Source of the DNA: Tubulanus polymorphus
Lineage: Eukaryota; Animalia; Nemertea
Length of the DNA: 64,000 nt
NCBI RefSeq assembly: GCF_964204645.1
Contig: NC_134025.1
Span: 28,066,299 to 28,130,298 of the forward strand
Direction: 5' to 3'
The stretch's first letter is position 1; each line of letters starts with the position of its first letter. Both the position numbers and the translations under genes were made by a program. The notes beneath the pieces were generated by a model. The model ran no database searches. It saw only the letters and a program-made list of their open reading frames with translations, and had not been told where the DNA came from. Below are positions 25,101 to 42,692 of the stretch, in pieces.

Positions 25101-28100
25101 ATTATTTTGTAGAACAGTAATGAGTTGTCAGTTATTCCAGGTACACAGGAAGGCTTAATCATCATCACAGTCCCATTGAGAAGATCATGTCACGAGACAG
25201 CGAACACATTCGAAAATCTTTCACATCTCAGTGGAATTCACAGCATCATTCACTAATTAGTGACAAATAATTGATAAAGATAACATGTCCGTTTTAAATA
25301 ATCCGTATCGGTGTCAATTCCACTTCCTAAACACTCTCATCACATAATTTATTCCTTAAAATTAACATAATCCATTTTCGTTTCCGATGTTTGTTCATTC
25401 CTTTTCTTCACTTTTTCCAACAAACCTTTGAAAATTGTCAAACATTGAACATTTGCTGTGATAGCAATCGAGTGCGAAAACCTATAGAAGCCTAGCGATA
25501 TATACCAGCATACAAATTAGTTAACCGTAGTTATTCAATGAATGAAAAACCCTTATATTTTAATAAAATCAAGTAAAATTAGTTGATATTTTCAAATAAA
25601 ATGAGCGAGTTTCCGTTGACAGCATTGACATAATCAACAGAGATTGTGTGCATGTTATCAGCCAGTGAAAGGATGATTCTTGTCAAAACCATTTTCAAAG
25701 AAATGTCCATTTTTAACTACATTTTTAGATTTTACAATATTACATAAACGATAAGAAAAACCGTCATCAATAGATGTAAGCGACAACTCAGCAGCCGAAT
25801 AATATTTTTTCATTATTCACTTCAAACATCTCAATTGATTTGACTGTCAAATGTCCGTGAAATTAATAGATCAGCCTAAATTCTCTTAATACCAACTAAA
25901 CAGAATATCACATCATATACCACGAGCATCAATCTTACGAGAACGTTCCTACAATAATCTGCTTTTTTAGAAACTACGGAATAAAAATGTAATCGTAAGT
26001 ATGTTTCAAACGATCCAATCCGAGATATCGAATGATACTAATTAGGCACGTTTAATCAAGCAATCAAATATGTCGTACTTACATAAGCAAGTTAATAGTT
26101 CCATAGTGTAACAGGACCCAACTGACGACTGGCACCCAACTAAATAAAAAGCTTCTTATTTCTTCGACAACACACAGATGATGAACGTTTATTTTTAGAC
26201 GTTAACGACAAATATGCGTTTGTTGCAAAAAATAAGAAAAGAGCATATGGCATATTAATTTTCATCCAGAATGACGCCCTTCAAATTACCGAATTTTCTG
26301 CTCGAGTTGAACATCAAAGAGGGACGACGGTACAAACGAATGCCCCGAGCCCACTGTGCGCTCATGAAGCACTTTCAGATTGTAAGAATGCCTTACAAAT
26401 TTGCATAACATAAAATTGTGCCTAGTTACTTTTTCCAATATAATGAGTGAATTGTTTGATGAAAGGGGGCCGAAAATCTACTCCGTTTTTCCTTCGGGGA
26501 AGCCGAGTCTGTACCCTAATTCTTTACATCCTATTCATTCATCGTGAAAAAATAGCCGGTAAACTTATAGCTCGAGTAAAGACCACTACGGTTATATAAC
26601 CGAAACCTGGATATCTAAAATACCGAAAATATTCGAATACATTTCGTCAAATTTCGAAAATAACGAGAAAATTGCACAGAAGTCATCGCTGCACATTGTT
26701 ATTTAAGATCCCTATCGACCGGGAGAACATCCTTTATGCTGAATGTCCAATCAGCATTGAGCAAGAACTGTTTCAACACTGCATAATTCATCATGATGGG
26801 AAACAAGAAAAATATTTATCACACCACAATCCGACAAGGTAAGTCAGTTTACCTATCATTTCATAATCATCCTAACCGAAGATTTGACATATTTGAAATG
26901 CAGTAAATAGCCTTTATAAAGGACAATATATTTCTAGGATAGAACAGTGACGATATCAACTGAATTTCTCCGAGAAAATCATCGCTAAATACTGTGAATG
27001 TCATTCTCTCATCATCCGGGCACTGCTTCACAAATTTACTCCATTTCAAGCTTGGTAAGTAATACTACTCTTTATTCTCTATATCAGACAGCATTGTGCT
27101 AATACTAAACTCAGTACAATACCAAACAAAATATCTTTAGGGCAAAACTTCAGATTTTCCACAAAAAATTTCTCGCTATCAATTTGTAACATCGGGCTCT
27201 TTGTGTCAGTGATATCTTTATTTTTTTTTGTTCCAAAATGTTTTAATTCACTCAGGCTATTCAGTAGATCAGTTCACTATGGAATTCAATACGACAAAGC
27301 CATTTTAGATTATATTCAATGCTATATTCTGACAATAATAGTTCTATTCTTCTTAGGATGAAATATATTTCATCCGATTATCAAAACTGTATTCATTCCA
27401 GAAAAGATTATACATTTCACATATGTAACCAGACAGTGGCAATTTATACAATTTGGAAATGTACTAAAAACATATATATCTTTGTAACAAAGATAAAAGT
27501 ATCTAGGTATAAAACCCAAAACTTCAATATCAACAGAAATTCCATATCATTCAATAATTCTTGTTTAGCTTATTTTGTCAAGAACAGGCGACCCATTAGC
27601 ACTTTTTAGCAAAATCAATAGTACTAGAAATGAAATTAACTCGTTTCAACACAAAGAACCAAACGCACATTTCATAATTCATTCATTAGGAAAAGACCCA
27701 CTTTCTGGAAATAAATCCGCTTTCCAAATCATTATTTCATTAAAAAGATTTTCTTCTTCAAATCTTTAAGGGGAACTTATAATTTTCTGATATTTTTGTC
27801 GTGGATGTTTGTAATTCATCATTATCTGATCTTACCTCATCCTTAGCCTTCGGATCAGCACCAGATTCAAGTATACACTCAGTTATCGCTGGTGATATAT
27901 TTTCTCCTTTCAATGGAAATGCTTCATAGTAGAGCGGACCCTGATAACAAAAACACATATCATTTCAGTTTTTTGAAGCCTTAAAAATCACCTTGAGTGG
28001 TTCGGCGTGCCTTTTCCTAAGTAGTGAATGATCAAACATCGAAATAATTAGCTTATAATCCCACTCAGTGAGATTTTTTGATATGAAATGCTTAGCTCAC

Positions 28101-31100
28101 TGTCCTGATTGGCATGTTTTAGAACGCGATATAAAGACGCAAGCAAAGGGTATCTTTTCTTTCCACAATAACGGCAACAATGCGTGGATCCAGGGGACAC
28201 TGAGTTGTTGACGGACAATAGGTTTCTGGATAATGAATGGGTGTGGGCTCAGTGACACACGTGTACAGTTATAAAAATTAGGGAGTCATTCCATCGTATC
28301 ATGTTTAACAAACTGCTCAACAATATTGCACCTGTTTTATATCATCTTTGAAGAGTAACATCTCATTGTACATTTCAATCTGTTGAGAAATCTCGATGTG
28401 AGATGATCTCATTTTATAATCTGAATGCTATTAGAATAATGCAAAAATTAGAAGTAGAAATATCACCCTCTTCAATATCAAACTGTAGTTAGAATCTAAA
28501 ATCAGTCATAAATATCAACATCAAATGCACAAAATTCTGTTTTCTGATGAGGAACATACGGTTTTAAGCGATAACAGGAAAGGAAAGAGCAAAATTTGAT
28601 GGTCATGAATTGCATTAGAATCCAACAGCGGCCAACAATGCATTAAGCTTTCCAAAATCCACCTGAAGGCAAACGAAAACTGCAATAGGATACAACATGC
28701 CATCAAATTCTCGACTAACGTTAAACAAACTTAATTCTTTTAAGAATAATATTTCAAGAATTCTGAAAGAGTGATTTGTGAGCGAGATCCCCGGAGGTAT
28801 AAAGTCATTAGATCGCATGGGTCTAATGTTATTGCCTACAGAATTTATTACGTGGCCAGAGTTTTCATAAGCAGGAGAATAATCCGAAAAGAGAGCATTT
28901 ATAAAACATGAAATCACATGAGATCGGGAATTTAGAAGTAATAATTTCTGCTATTCAGTGAAAAAATCTCTGTTAGTAGAAATATGAAACGAACATTACT
29001 CATCACTGGGCTCTTGCGTGAATATTCATTGAATCAAGTTACAGATAAACTGAAAACTGACACATTTGAATACAATTCCTATAATAACCACTGATAATAA
29101 TCATATTTTTGCTGAATTAATAATTACGCGCATAACTCTTGGGAGACAATTCAAAAATTTCATTCATAAGGTAACAGTTTTCGATGGATAATTAGTCCGA
29201 TGAAATGTTGAGATTCAATTTTTTCTACGCAAGAAAATGTCCTTTTCCAAATGAAATACAATGACAACAGCCATCTCACTGATTTCTAGCCCACTGTTTC
29301 CATGCGAACAGAGGCTACTTATTTCAGCTCCCATTATTTTGATTAAAGGTTGTAGTTAATAGCTTTACCCCGAAGCATTGCGGTATAAACTATCGGTCAA
29401 CGTGTGCAGAAACCATTAGTTCGCCCACTGTGGTCCGATGCAGTTAGTTGTGATTCAGATCTTCATTAGTTTCATTTAAAAATCTATGAAGAACTAGTTT
29501 CGGTGACTACAAGTACGTCGATCGATCGCCATACACGACTGAAAAGGTTGCGAGGTCAATAGAAAAACTGCAAATTATTTCTATTAGAATTACATGAGAG
29601 AAAGTGCAGGCGAATAATGCATGAATGAACACAAAATCGCAACCAGAAAAATCCAAGAACTGGAGAGTATGTAAAAGTGTCCATTTTATTGACATTCTAA
29701 TGACAAGCCTTCCACCTCCTACCCGTGTATCAATTAGTGACTCATGTCGTGATAGCCCAGGTGTGCAAGACATTTTCATCTTGTTTGGCCCCACAGTCCT
29801 TGTTATCGATGACAGGGAAAAAAGAGATGCATCCTCATAGATAAACATATCCACGACGACCACTGAAAGCGAAACACGCGAGGTTTTCATCACAAAAGCA
29901 CTGATTGGGTATAGGAAGGATATCGGATTAAAATATCTTAGAAGTCAGACCACACTTTAATGAAATCTGACAAACGACAAACATATTTCGCACAAAATAG
30001 GAACCTTGAGAAATTGGAACAAAAGAGCTTTAAAGATTTTGAAATTATCCCAGAAAACCTTCTCTTCCGTTAGACCAATGACTCTAAGTCTTAAACACTT
30101 TAAGACTGAAATCTCGATGAAACAGTTTTTAGTCGGTTCTCTTTGTATACCATAGAAGGACGTCGTCAGAACCGTGTATTCTCGGATAAACAAGTTCATG
30201 CGTACAAAATGATAAAAAATCCGTCTCACACCGGTGATGATGGTAGTGGAATATCAAACTTGCCAGTTGTTACTACTCGTAGGGATCAGAGATTCTCCTT
30301 GATCTGAGAACTTCACAGAGTGTTCACCTCATCAGAATTCATACGCTGTTCCCCTGAATCTTTGTTCTTTTAGCATTCCTGATGGATCCACTTTAAACTA
30401 TACCCAAACCTTGATTGCCGCAGTGACAGTAGTCTCCCATGTGGTGCTCTCTCTTTCCTCATGAAACATACATTAGATTATTGTCACTGTGCAAACATAG
30501 CCCATTAAATTAAACATCACCAGTTCTTGTCAATAGGGGCTGGGTGGAGCTGCAAGATTTGCAGCGTGGTGAAAGATCAACAAGAAAACCATAAGTGACT
30601 TCATTGACCTTTCAAACAAATGTATTTTCAGAAACGAAATACATATCGATCAATGCCTTAAAAAAATAACTCAAATTTCAGAGCACAGACATCCACCTCT
30701 TCATCCGAGACAAATCAGTTGTAAACACTGTTCTATTTTGAGGTGCGTAGCTCAATTGTTACTCGATGAAAATTCATAATGAAGGGAGAAAAATGATGTG
30801 TGTGACCAAGTTGTGACCTGAGCACGATTTTTCTAATATCAGGATACAACTTCAGAAAGCTTTTCTACTTAATTCGCTCGCTACTGGTTTAGCACGGATG
30901 AAGTGACAGCAATGATGCCCGCGGCTATCCGCGCCGACGTCACTGTCGTCGCAGCAAAATGCAATCACTTTGCTGAGATTTTACATAAAAATATTGACGA
31001 ATGCGCTCACATCATCGTATGGATGTGCTGCTGCTGCTGCTGCTGTAGCTTGCGTTTTGCTCAACGATTATAATAACTGTAATGTAAAGCAGTCCGTCTG

Positions 31101-33498
31101 TTCACAAATGACATGACTCAGGGCATTGGGTCATGTGACTATAATCTTATAAACAATTAGTTCGTTACAAGGCTGCCTTCGATGGAAAAACTCCGGCAAT
31201 GAACATTTTTTTTATATTTGCGATAATCAAATTTAGTAGTTTGGATCAAAATTTAACATTCTAGTGTTAGGCCTACGTATTACCAAATACTGGCGATGAA
31301 ATAGAAAATCAACCAGACGACACAAATTAGATAAATAAAATTATCCGGGGGCCAAAGCTCGTAATGGGCGTATTCGCTCTTAGATAAAATGACGGAAATT
31401 CAGTCGCGAAACAACTAATACTAATCGATACACACATTGTTCATCGATCAGTGGAACTAATCAAATTGCCAATATTATGTTATGTCACCAGCGTTTCTTT
31501 GTTTTTTAAAACGTATTCAGCGTAGAAAGTAAATGAGCAATCGTGTTTATAAATGTCAGAGAGACATAGTAAAAAATTGATAAGGATCGATTACATGAAT
31601 ATGACTTTCCAGGAAAATGGTGTAATTAAAGGAGAGCCGGATTTATGAATTAATTTGTCTATCATTATTATCTCTGTTTCCAATTTCATGAGTGTTTTTA
31701 TCAGACATGTACCAGGATATACCGTCCGTACGAGGTGTCAATGAATATAAATCATGACAGATGCAAAGCATATCAATGGTCTATTGACACTTATCACTTA
31801 CCTACTTATGATAAGTGATAAGTGCCAGTTAACGCTCAACATAAGATCACCGACTAACTCGGATCAGCATTAAATATGCCTAGCTCTTATGGAAATTGCG
31901 TAATTACGCAGGTACGGCGGAGAAGTAGCTGAAAATATTGGATAACATCGCTAGTTTATGCCGGAGACATCTTCCGGTGATCAATATAGCCATCGGCAAA
32001 GAAAATAGCTTTTACCATGAGAGATTTACATACCCTGAAGAAATGCCGGATAGATATTGGAATATTGACATTGGCTCCGTTTGTACACAGCAATGACACA
32101 ATATCATGTCGATTCATATCAATAGCATATTGTAGAATATGTTTCTTACCATGCCCCTAAAAGACAAGGTCATATACAGCTGAAATACGTATTTTGATGA
32201 CAGTTCGGTCAAAGTCAATTCTTCAGAATGTATATCAATACCTCATTCAGATAATTCACTTTACAGGATGTTTTTTTCAAAGCCTCTTTCACTTTCTTTA
32301 CATCATGTTCTAAGACACCATAAATGCAATTCTATAAAATATAAGTATGCATCATTGTTAGTATCGTTACAGCGCTAAAGTCTATTTTTATATATCTGAA
32401 ATGAGTCCTGATAGATACTATGTATAATTAATCAATGGATTGGAAGCAAACTCACCAATGTATATTGATGACTATCAATAATGCCAACTATATCATGAAA
32501 CTGTTTAGAAGCTGCATGCTGACGCAAAGTTCGTCCATCCTAAATAAATCAGATGAAAAATCAAATGAAATACTTGTAATTGTCAAAAAAGTAAAGATTG
32601 GTAAATATCTTTTGAAGCTCACCCGGCTGGCATCATAACGACACCATTTGTGTAAGAGTTGTTTGAAATTATGGACGTCATGGTTATCAACGCATTCAAA
32701 TAACCCAGGCTAAAATTTGAAATTCTTAAACTTTATTCTTTCTCAGTAAATCTATAATTAACAAAGCACATTGGAAAGGGGGATTAACCTGATACAATTC
32801 ATACAGTTTCTTCCATGTACCATTTTTAGTCGGTAGGTCACAAGCCAGTTTACCATCCTAAAATAACAAATATTAAAGCATCAAGCTTATGTGATACTAA
32901 AATATGAATGTACAGGAATAATGCAGATTACACGGCTTGATATTGATATTACCTTATTGCGTAACGTAGTATTAGCTCCAGCCATCATTAAGAGCGGAAC
33001 ATTGAAACTTATTCCAGCTAATGCTGAATTATGTAAAGGGGTATTACCATGCTATAATGATACGATAGATATAAGATAATTCCCTCATTTCAAAACAGTT
33101 AATCTACAAATATAATCCAGATACCTTGTTTTGAATGTTAATATCGACACCAGCTGATATCAAAATATGAAATATATTTGGTTGATAGACTGCAGCAAGT
33201 AAATGAATATAAGTATTTCCTCGCTGAAAATAATCAGAATAGAAATAAAAATAAATAGCTGGAGTGATAAATGTGTCTTGATGAAAGGCCCAGCGCTTAT
33301 AATATCACCTTGTCTCTCCATCTCAGATTCTCTTTCTCTTTTAAACATATCTTCACATTTTCTATATCGCCGTTCGCAATCGCATTGCCAATTCTAGTCT
33401 GAAATATTGAAAACAACAATTAAAAACACATCATCAGCAAACCCCATGAAACTAGAAAAACCAACCTTTGTCAGTTCTGATAAGTCCCCTGCCATCAT
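16176..33498 (-). CDS. Uncharacterised multi-module ankyrin-repeat protein, about 661 aa, 22 coding exons
   Basis: Exons 5'->3': 33498-33466, 33398-33309, 33223-33125, 33051-32953, 32857-32789, 32709-32623, 32539-32456, 32331-32242, 32179-32150, 27940-27836, 22674-22564, 21833-21765, 21450-21361, 20299-20219, 20085-19972, 18927-18823, 17765-17661, 17415-17356, 17271-17230, 17145-17029, 16954-16826, 16352-16176. All GT-AG, one open frame of 1986 nt. Ankyrin motifs: RGNTYIHLLA..AGVDINIQNK, HGNTPLHNSA..AGAN, KGRTALHYL..KGVDI, NRTPLHYAY. Confidence 0.85.
16597..16817. mobile_element. PIF/Harbinger (Tourist-like) MITE in the last intron of the ankyrin gene
   Basis: TTA|GGCTAAAAAAAATTGATACCTTGTTTCTCCGC ... 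GCGGAGAAACAAGGTATCATTTTTGTTTAGCC|TTA: 32-bp near-perfect terminal inverted repeats, TTA target duplication, three internal GACCCGGCCG repeats. Confidence 0.8.
20693..20746. repeat. 10-bp minisatellite (GGTATTTGAW) x about 5; a (TA)n run lies nearby at about 20614-20635
   Basis: Read directly from the sequence. Confidence 0.85.
31027..31045. repeat. (CTG)6 microsatellite, intronic
   Basis: Read directly from the sequence. Confidence 0.8.
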
Positions 33499-33632
33499 TG
33501 CATAGTTCCGCAACTCAAAGCTAAACATTGAGAAAGGAAATTAAAAGTCTTTTATCATTTGCTTTCGATTGGGTTAGGATTGCTACAGTAAGCTACAGCT
33601 TGGACTTATAAAAACCATGGCAAAAGAGTTAC

Positions 33633-33715
33633 CTCTACTCTATATTCTGATATTTGAAGGTTGTCATGGGTGTGGATACTTCCAATAATAGTAATATAGT
33701 ACGTACAAACTGGAT
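33633..33715 (-). other. Probable 5' UTR exon of the ankyrin gene containing a 10-codon upstream ORF
   Basis: Flanked by tttaaatag and GTAACT. ATG at 33667 to TAG at 33635 encodes MTTFKYQNIE*. Confidence 0.4.
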
Positions 33716-33849
33716 CTATTTAAATACAGTCACTGATGAGACTGAGATTGAGCTGAGGACCGAGTTGAATGCGGTAATATCTCTAGACTTAGCCATCATA
33801 ACTTAAAAGAGATAAAATTCGCCATCACTTTTGGTTTTGACAGAAAGGA

Positions 33850-34330
33850 AGCACATGTTTCCCATGGTGAATGTAAACAATTTCGGGCGCCACCTACTAT
33901 CAATGTGGCACCGGACCTATTACTGCAGTCCAATCTGTAAAATAGCGAGTATACTGTGGCACGTGAGCATTGGTGGAATTCCGTCGATTGAAAAGTAGTA
34001 CGCAATTAAGCAAATTTATTAAACCTTAACCAAGCCTGTAATATAAAACGCCATATGCAATAATGGGACTATGTCAGACTAAAGCGATTATATGTTCGAA
34101 GAGGTTTTTGCTAACTTGATTGATTAAAGGGACGTACTGTCTTCGTATTTTGTCACGCACTATACTGCGTGTCGCGTGTATTAGTGCGCGTCCAGTGAAT
34201 GATTGACAGCTCCTGAAAGGGGAAGCCATCTTGGAATGTAGAGTCTGTGTTTTCGATAGTATTCTTCGGAGAAAGTGATAATTTTACCGAGTGGCTGTGG
34301 AATTAGCTCGACGAGGAATACGCAGGCAGT
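33850..34330. promoter_or_regulatory. Likely divergent promoter region for the ankyrin gene (-) and beta-catenin (+), including a non-coding first beta-catenin exon
   Basis: CpG-richer patch. Candidate donor GCAGT|gtaagc at 34330/34331. The first coding exon of beta-catenin begins at an acceptor at 37703/37704. Confidence 0.4.
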
Positions 34331-36318
34331 GTAAGCAGGTCCTGTTTTAGAGGTCAGCCTATATTTCATTTCGTTATTTAATGCATTTCGAACTGTAAAA
34401 TCGATTTTTAATCGGTTCATAAGTGTCAGTCTAAAAAACGTCGAGTTTGAAAGTAGCGGCGATCGAATCGGTGCCGATTTCTTTAAATTTCGTAACGGTG
34501 TCTTGATTTTTAACTATCACTAATTACTCATTGAAGTTATAATTGTGTTAGTGTAATTGTAGAGTATTGTTCTTATTCAATTAAACAGTAGCATTGTTGT
34601 TAGTGATTTGCCTTCTCAATCCGTCTTCTTGCTGGACGGTTTCTTTCCGACTGACTGCTGGTGTGGTCCGCGTCGGCCTCTTGTTGCTTCTGATTCATGT
34701 ATTTTGATTTCCTTACAAAGATCTACAAATGGTCGAGAGAGAGAGAGAGAGGCCCCCTATCCTACTTATTCATCTGATGGGTGCGGTGCTTTATTTTTTT
34801 GGAGCACGCAGCAGACGAATAGTTGACCAGCTGTATTATGCTCGCTGTTGATGATCATCCCACCCAAAAACTACGACCAATATCGTTCTTACTGGTAACA
34901 ATGTCCCTAACAAACCCTTATCTACAGTAAAACTACCACCGCGAAGTGGAAAGTTGACCTAAACTGCAGTCTTTCTAAGTCGCCATTTATTGAATCTTAA
35001 GTGAACCAGTCTACTGGATGCCATCCTACCTATTTCCTGTTAGCCCTAGGATCAGTGGTCCATGACTATAGTATTATTGTAGACACAGGAATGCGGCTTT
35101 ATTGGTGTGGTCAGTGGAGCTTAAACTGCCAGTTGACTGCACTCGATTGGCAACAAGTCAACTGAGACAATTGTCATTCAAAGCAAACATGACAGGTTTG
35201 AATATTGAGTCAGCCGATTGGAATTGCAGTTGAGCGCTGATATTCTTTATAGTGAGACCTCGCTAATATCAGAGTCCAGTATTCACCTGCAGTATTTCCT
35301 GTCTGTTTTGTTATTAGTGTAAGTCAGGGTTTTTCGACATTTTGCTGAATATCAAAGCAGCACGGTTTTATGTACGATAGTTAGGTTATGTCAATCTTTT
35401 TTCATTGCTAAAGTTTTACCATATTTTCAGCTTTATATCGGTGTACAATCTATATAGGGCTAATACCAACTGGCTAGGTACTCGCTGGTATTCATAATAT
35501 TTCATGGAAACATTCTGTTCGAACAATTAGCCATGAGTCAGCAGCAGAGGCCAGATTATCATAGTAAATTTTACTTTGATAATTCCTACTATAGTACCTT
35601 TAACCTACATTGTAGGCGTAATTAAATTTTGCTCTGTTGAAAGGGTTAGTATATTAAAGAGTAGGTTCAGTTGAGGGTTTCCAGTAAAAGATCAATGTGG
35701 TTTTGCTTTCATCTCAACCGTCACTCTCAATAAAACCAGCAGAACTAGCGGCGCTGCTTACAAGTTTCTCACAACTCTGTTCATTGTATTTATTTATGAT
35801 AGTAAATTACCTGATAAATCTAATGTTACAGGTTTCAACTGGTCATGTTTTGCCGTTTGATGCCGGAAACCTATCATGATTGTGTGGAATGCTTCTATAG
35901 AAAAAATATGTTCAAGTGGGGTTCAATGCGGTCGGTGAAAGTCCTTGAATTTAGCTCATCGGAATTTTCTATCATTCAGAGAAACATTATAAAATTTTAT
36001 AGTTGTGTTAAATTTTCGTTGAATATGTGTAAGGCTTACCTGTAATACCTCAAAAATCCTGCATCCCCTAAGAATCTTCGATATATCCACCAGCGGAGTT
36101 TCTGATGATTATTTCTCCGCAGTGAAATCTATTGGGGGATTTATTATTTATGACATACCGACTACATTTACCACGTTCAGTTCCAGTCTCATTAGACTAT
36201 GTTAATGCATTCGGGAAAAGGATTTGTGATGAAGGGTTGTAGCCGGGTTCTACCTGTAAGACGAAGATGCATTGATTGAAATCCTATCACCTAGCTATAG
36301 CTGGCTATTCATCGCTAG

Positions 36319-36342
36319 GAGAGAGAGAGAGAGAGAGAGAGA
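36319..36342. repeat. (GA)n microsatellite in the beta-catenin 5' intron; a second one lies at about 34735-34751
   Basis: Read directly from the sequence. Confidence 0.85.
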
Positions 36343-37734
36343 CAAATAACCGATGATGAGGGATAATCATTGACGAAGTAGCGCAGAAATCCTGAATAGC
36401 GCAATCGTAATAAATAACTGGCCGTAGGCTTCTTCCGCTCTGACTAACTCGACGGTAGATTTTCATAGGGCCAGAAAATCAATTCACGATGCCGAGAGTT
36501 TGCATGACTTGGTCGTTGTACGTATACGAGATGGCTCGAACGTAAAACCAATTTTTGTTAGCGTTAATTGTTAGTGTAAGGATTAATCTCGGCAAGTTAG
36601 TTTTCATACATTGAACTTGTATGTTTTCACGTGTCTCCCTGACGACAATTTTCAGTATCGATATTACTCTCTCGTCATTACGGCGTAGGCTTAGATTGCT
36701 CATTTCTAATCAGCGCGATGTTGTTGCGCAATTCAGTCTATTTTATTGCTTTATCTGTTCGAATGTATTTTAGATTTTTACTTAGATACTGAAGAAACGC
36801 ATTCGAAATGCCATCGATGAAATTGCGACGGAAATTTTTTGTAAATCAATATAAGTTCCCGGGCGGTTGCTTAGATTATTTAACAAACTGAATCGATGCC
36901 TCTCGGGGTTTTACATATATATTTAGGTTTTTGTAGGTAAATTGTGGGAATAATCAATTTGAATTCGAAATCCAGTGACATTTCATTACGTTATGAATTG
37001 AATATTTAGTTGGTAAGCGCTGCTAATTTGCGGCACGGGTTCTAAACGAAACGAAGCATTTAAATAGTATGCGAGGCCGCCGGTGGCATTAATAATGAAT
37101 TCCTGGTATTCAATGAACTGTTATCGTTCTCATATTCGTAATACACCGCTGCAACTATTATTATTGTGTTCGGCTGTGGCTTCGTATGCTGCCAGCGAAT
37201 AAGACCTAGTCTTTAACATTTTACTCCTCATACTTGAGTGGACTCGCGGCCCCCGTAGACCGATGAAATCCCGATCATCCGGGGCGACTTATTTGTCTGC
37301 AATAAATGTCATTGCATTTACTTGCCTGTAAGCATGCCCCGAGGTGCAGTCAACGCAGTAATGGGTCTTGTGCTGGTGTGCGATTACATTTCTCATCTTT
37401 AATGAAGAGGCGATATAATTTTAGTTGATCCGGTGGTTTGTTTTTTTAGTGCCGCCTCAAAAATCATACCATTAAATCTTCTGATTCGACAGCAGTTTAA
37501 ACGCGAATGATCGAAGATTCTAATCATCGGCCAATTCAAAATCATCAGACATTGTGAGATATGATATTTACTAATGGGTGTCGACTGCATCGGATCATAT
37601 TGCAACTCGGTCATTTCTTGCTTCTGCTGCCGGCGTTTTAACTTAAGGTGTTGTTAAACGTGTATTAAGATTCAAAAGACCTTTGATGCTTGTATATTTA
37701 CAGGGCCAGCATATTAAACAGTGGTGGTTAACTG

Positions 37735-42692
<4,958 letters not shown>

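Noticed and set aside
29507-29893. 128-aa minus-strand ORF in ankyrin intron 9
   Set aside because: Non-ATG first codon, no domain-like pattern, no convincing splice sites.
31006-31075. Possible internal first exon of the ankyrin gene (ATGAT|gtgagc on the minus strand after a CAG repeat)
   Set aside because: The ATG would leave in phase 2, incompatible with the phase-0 downstream exons.
36353-36444. Possible C/D-box snoRNA (ATGATGA...CTGA) in the beta-catenin intron
   Set aside because: No terminal stem and no recognisable rRNA antisense element; such boxes are common by chance.
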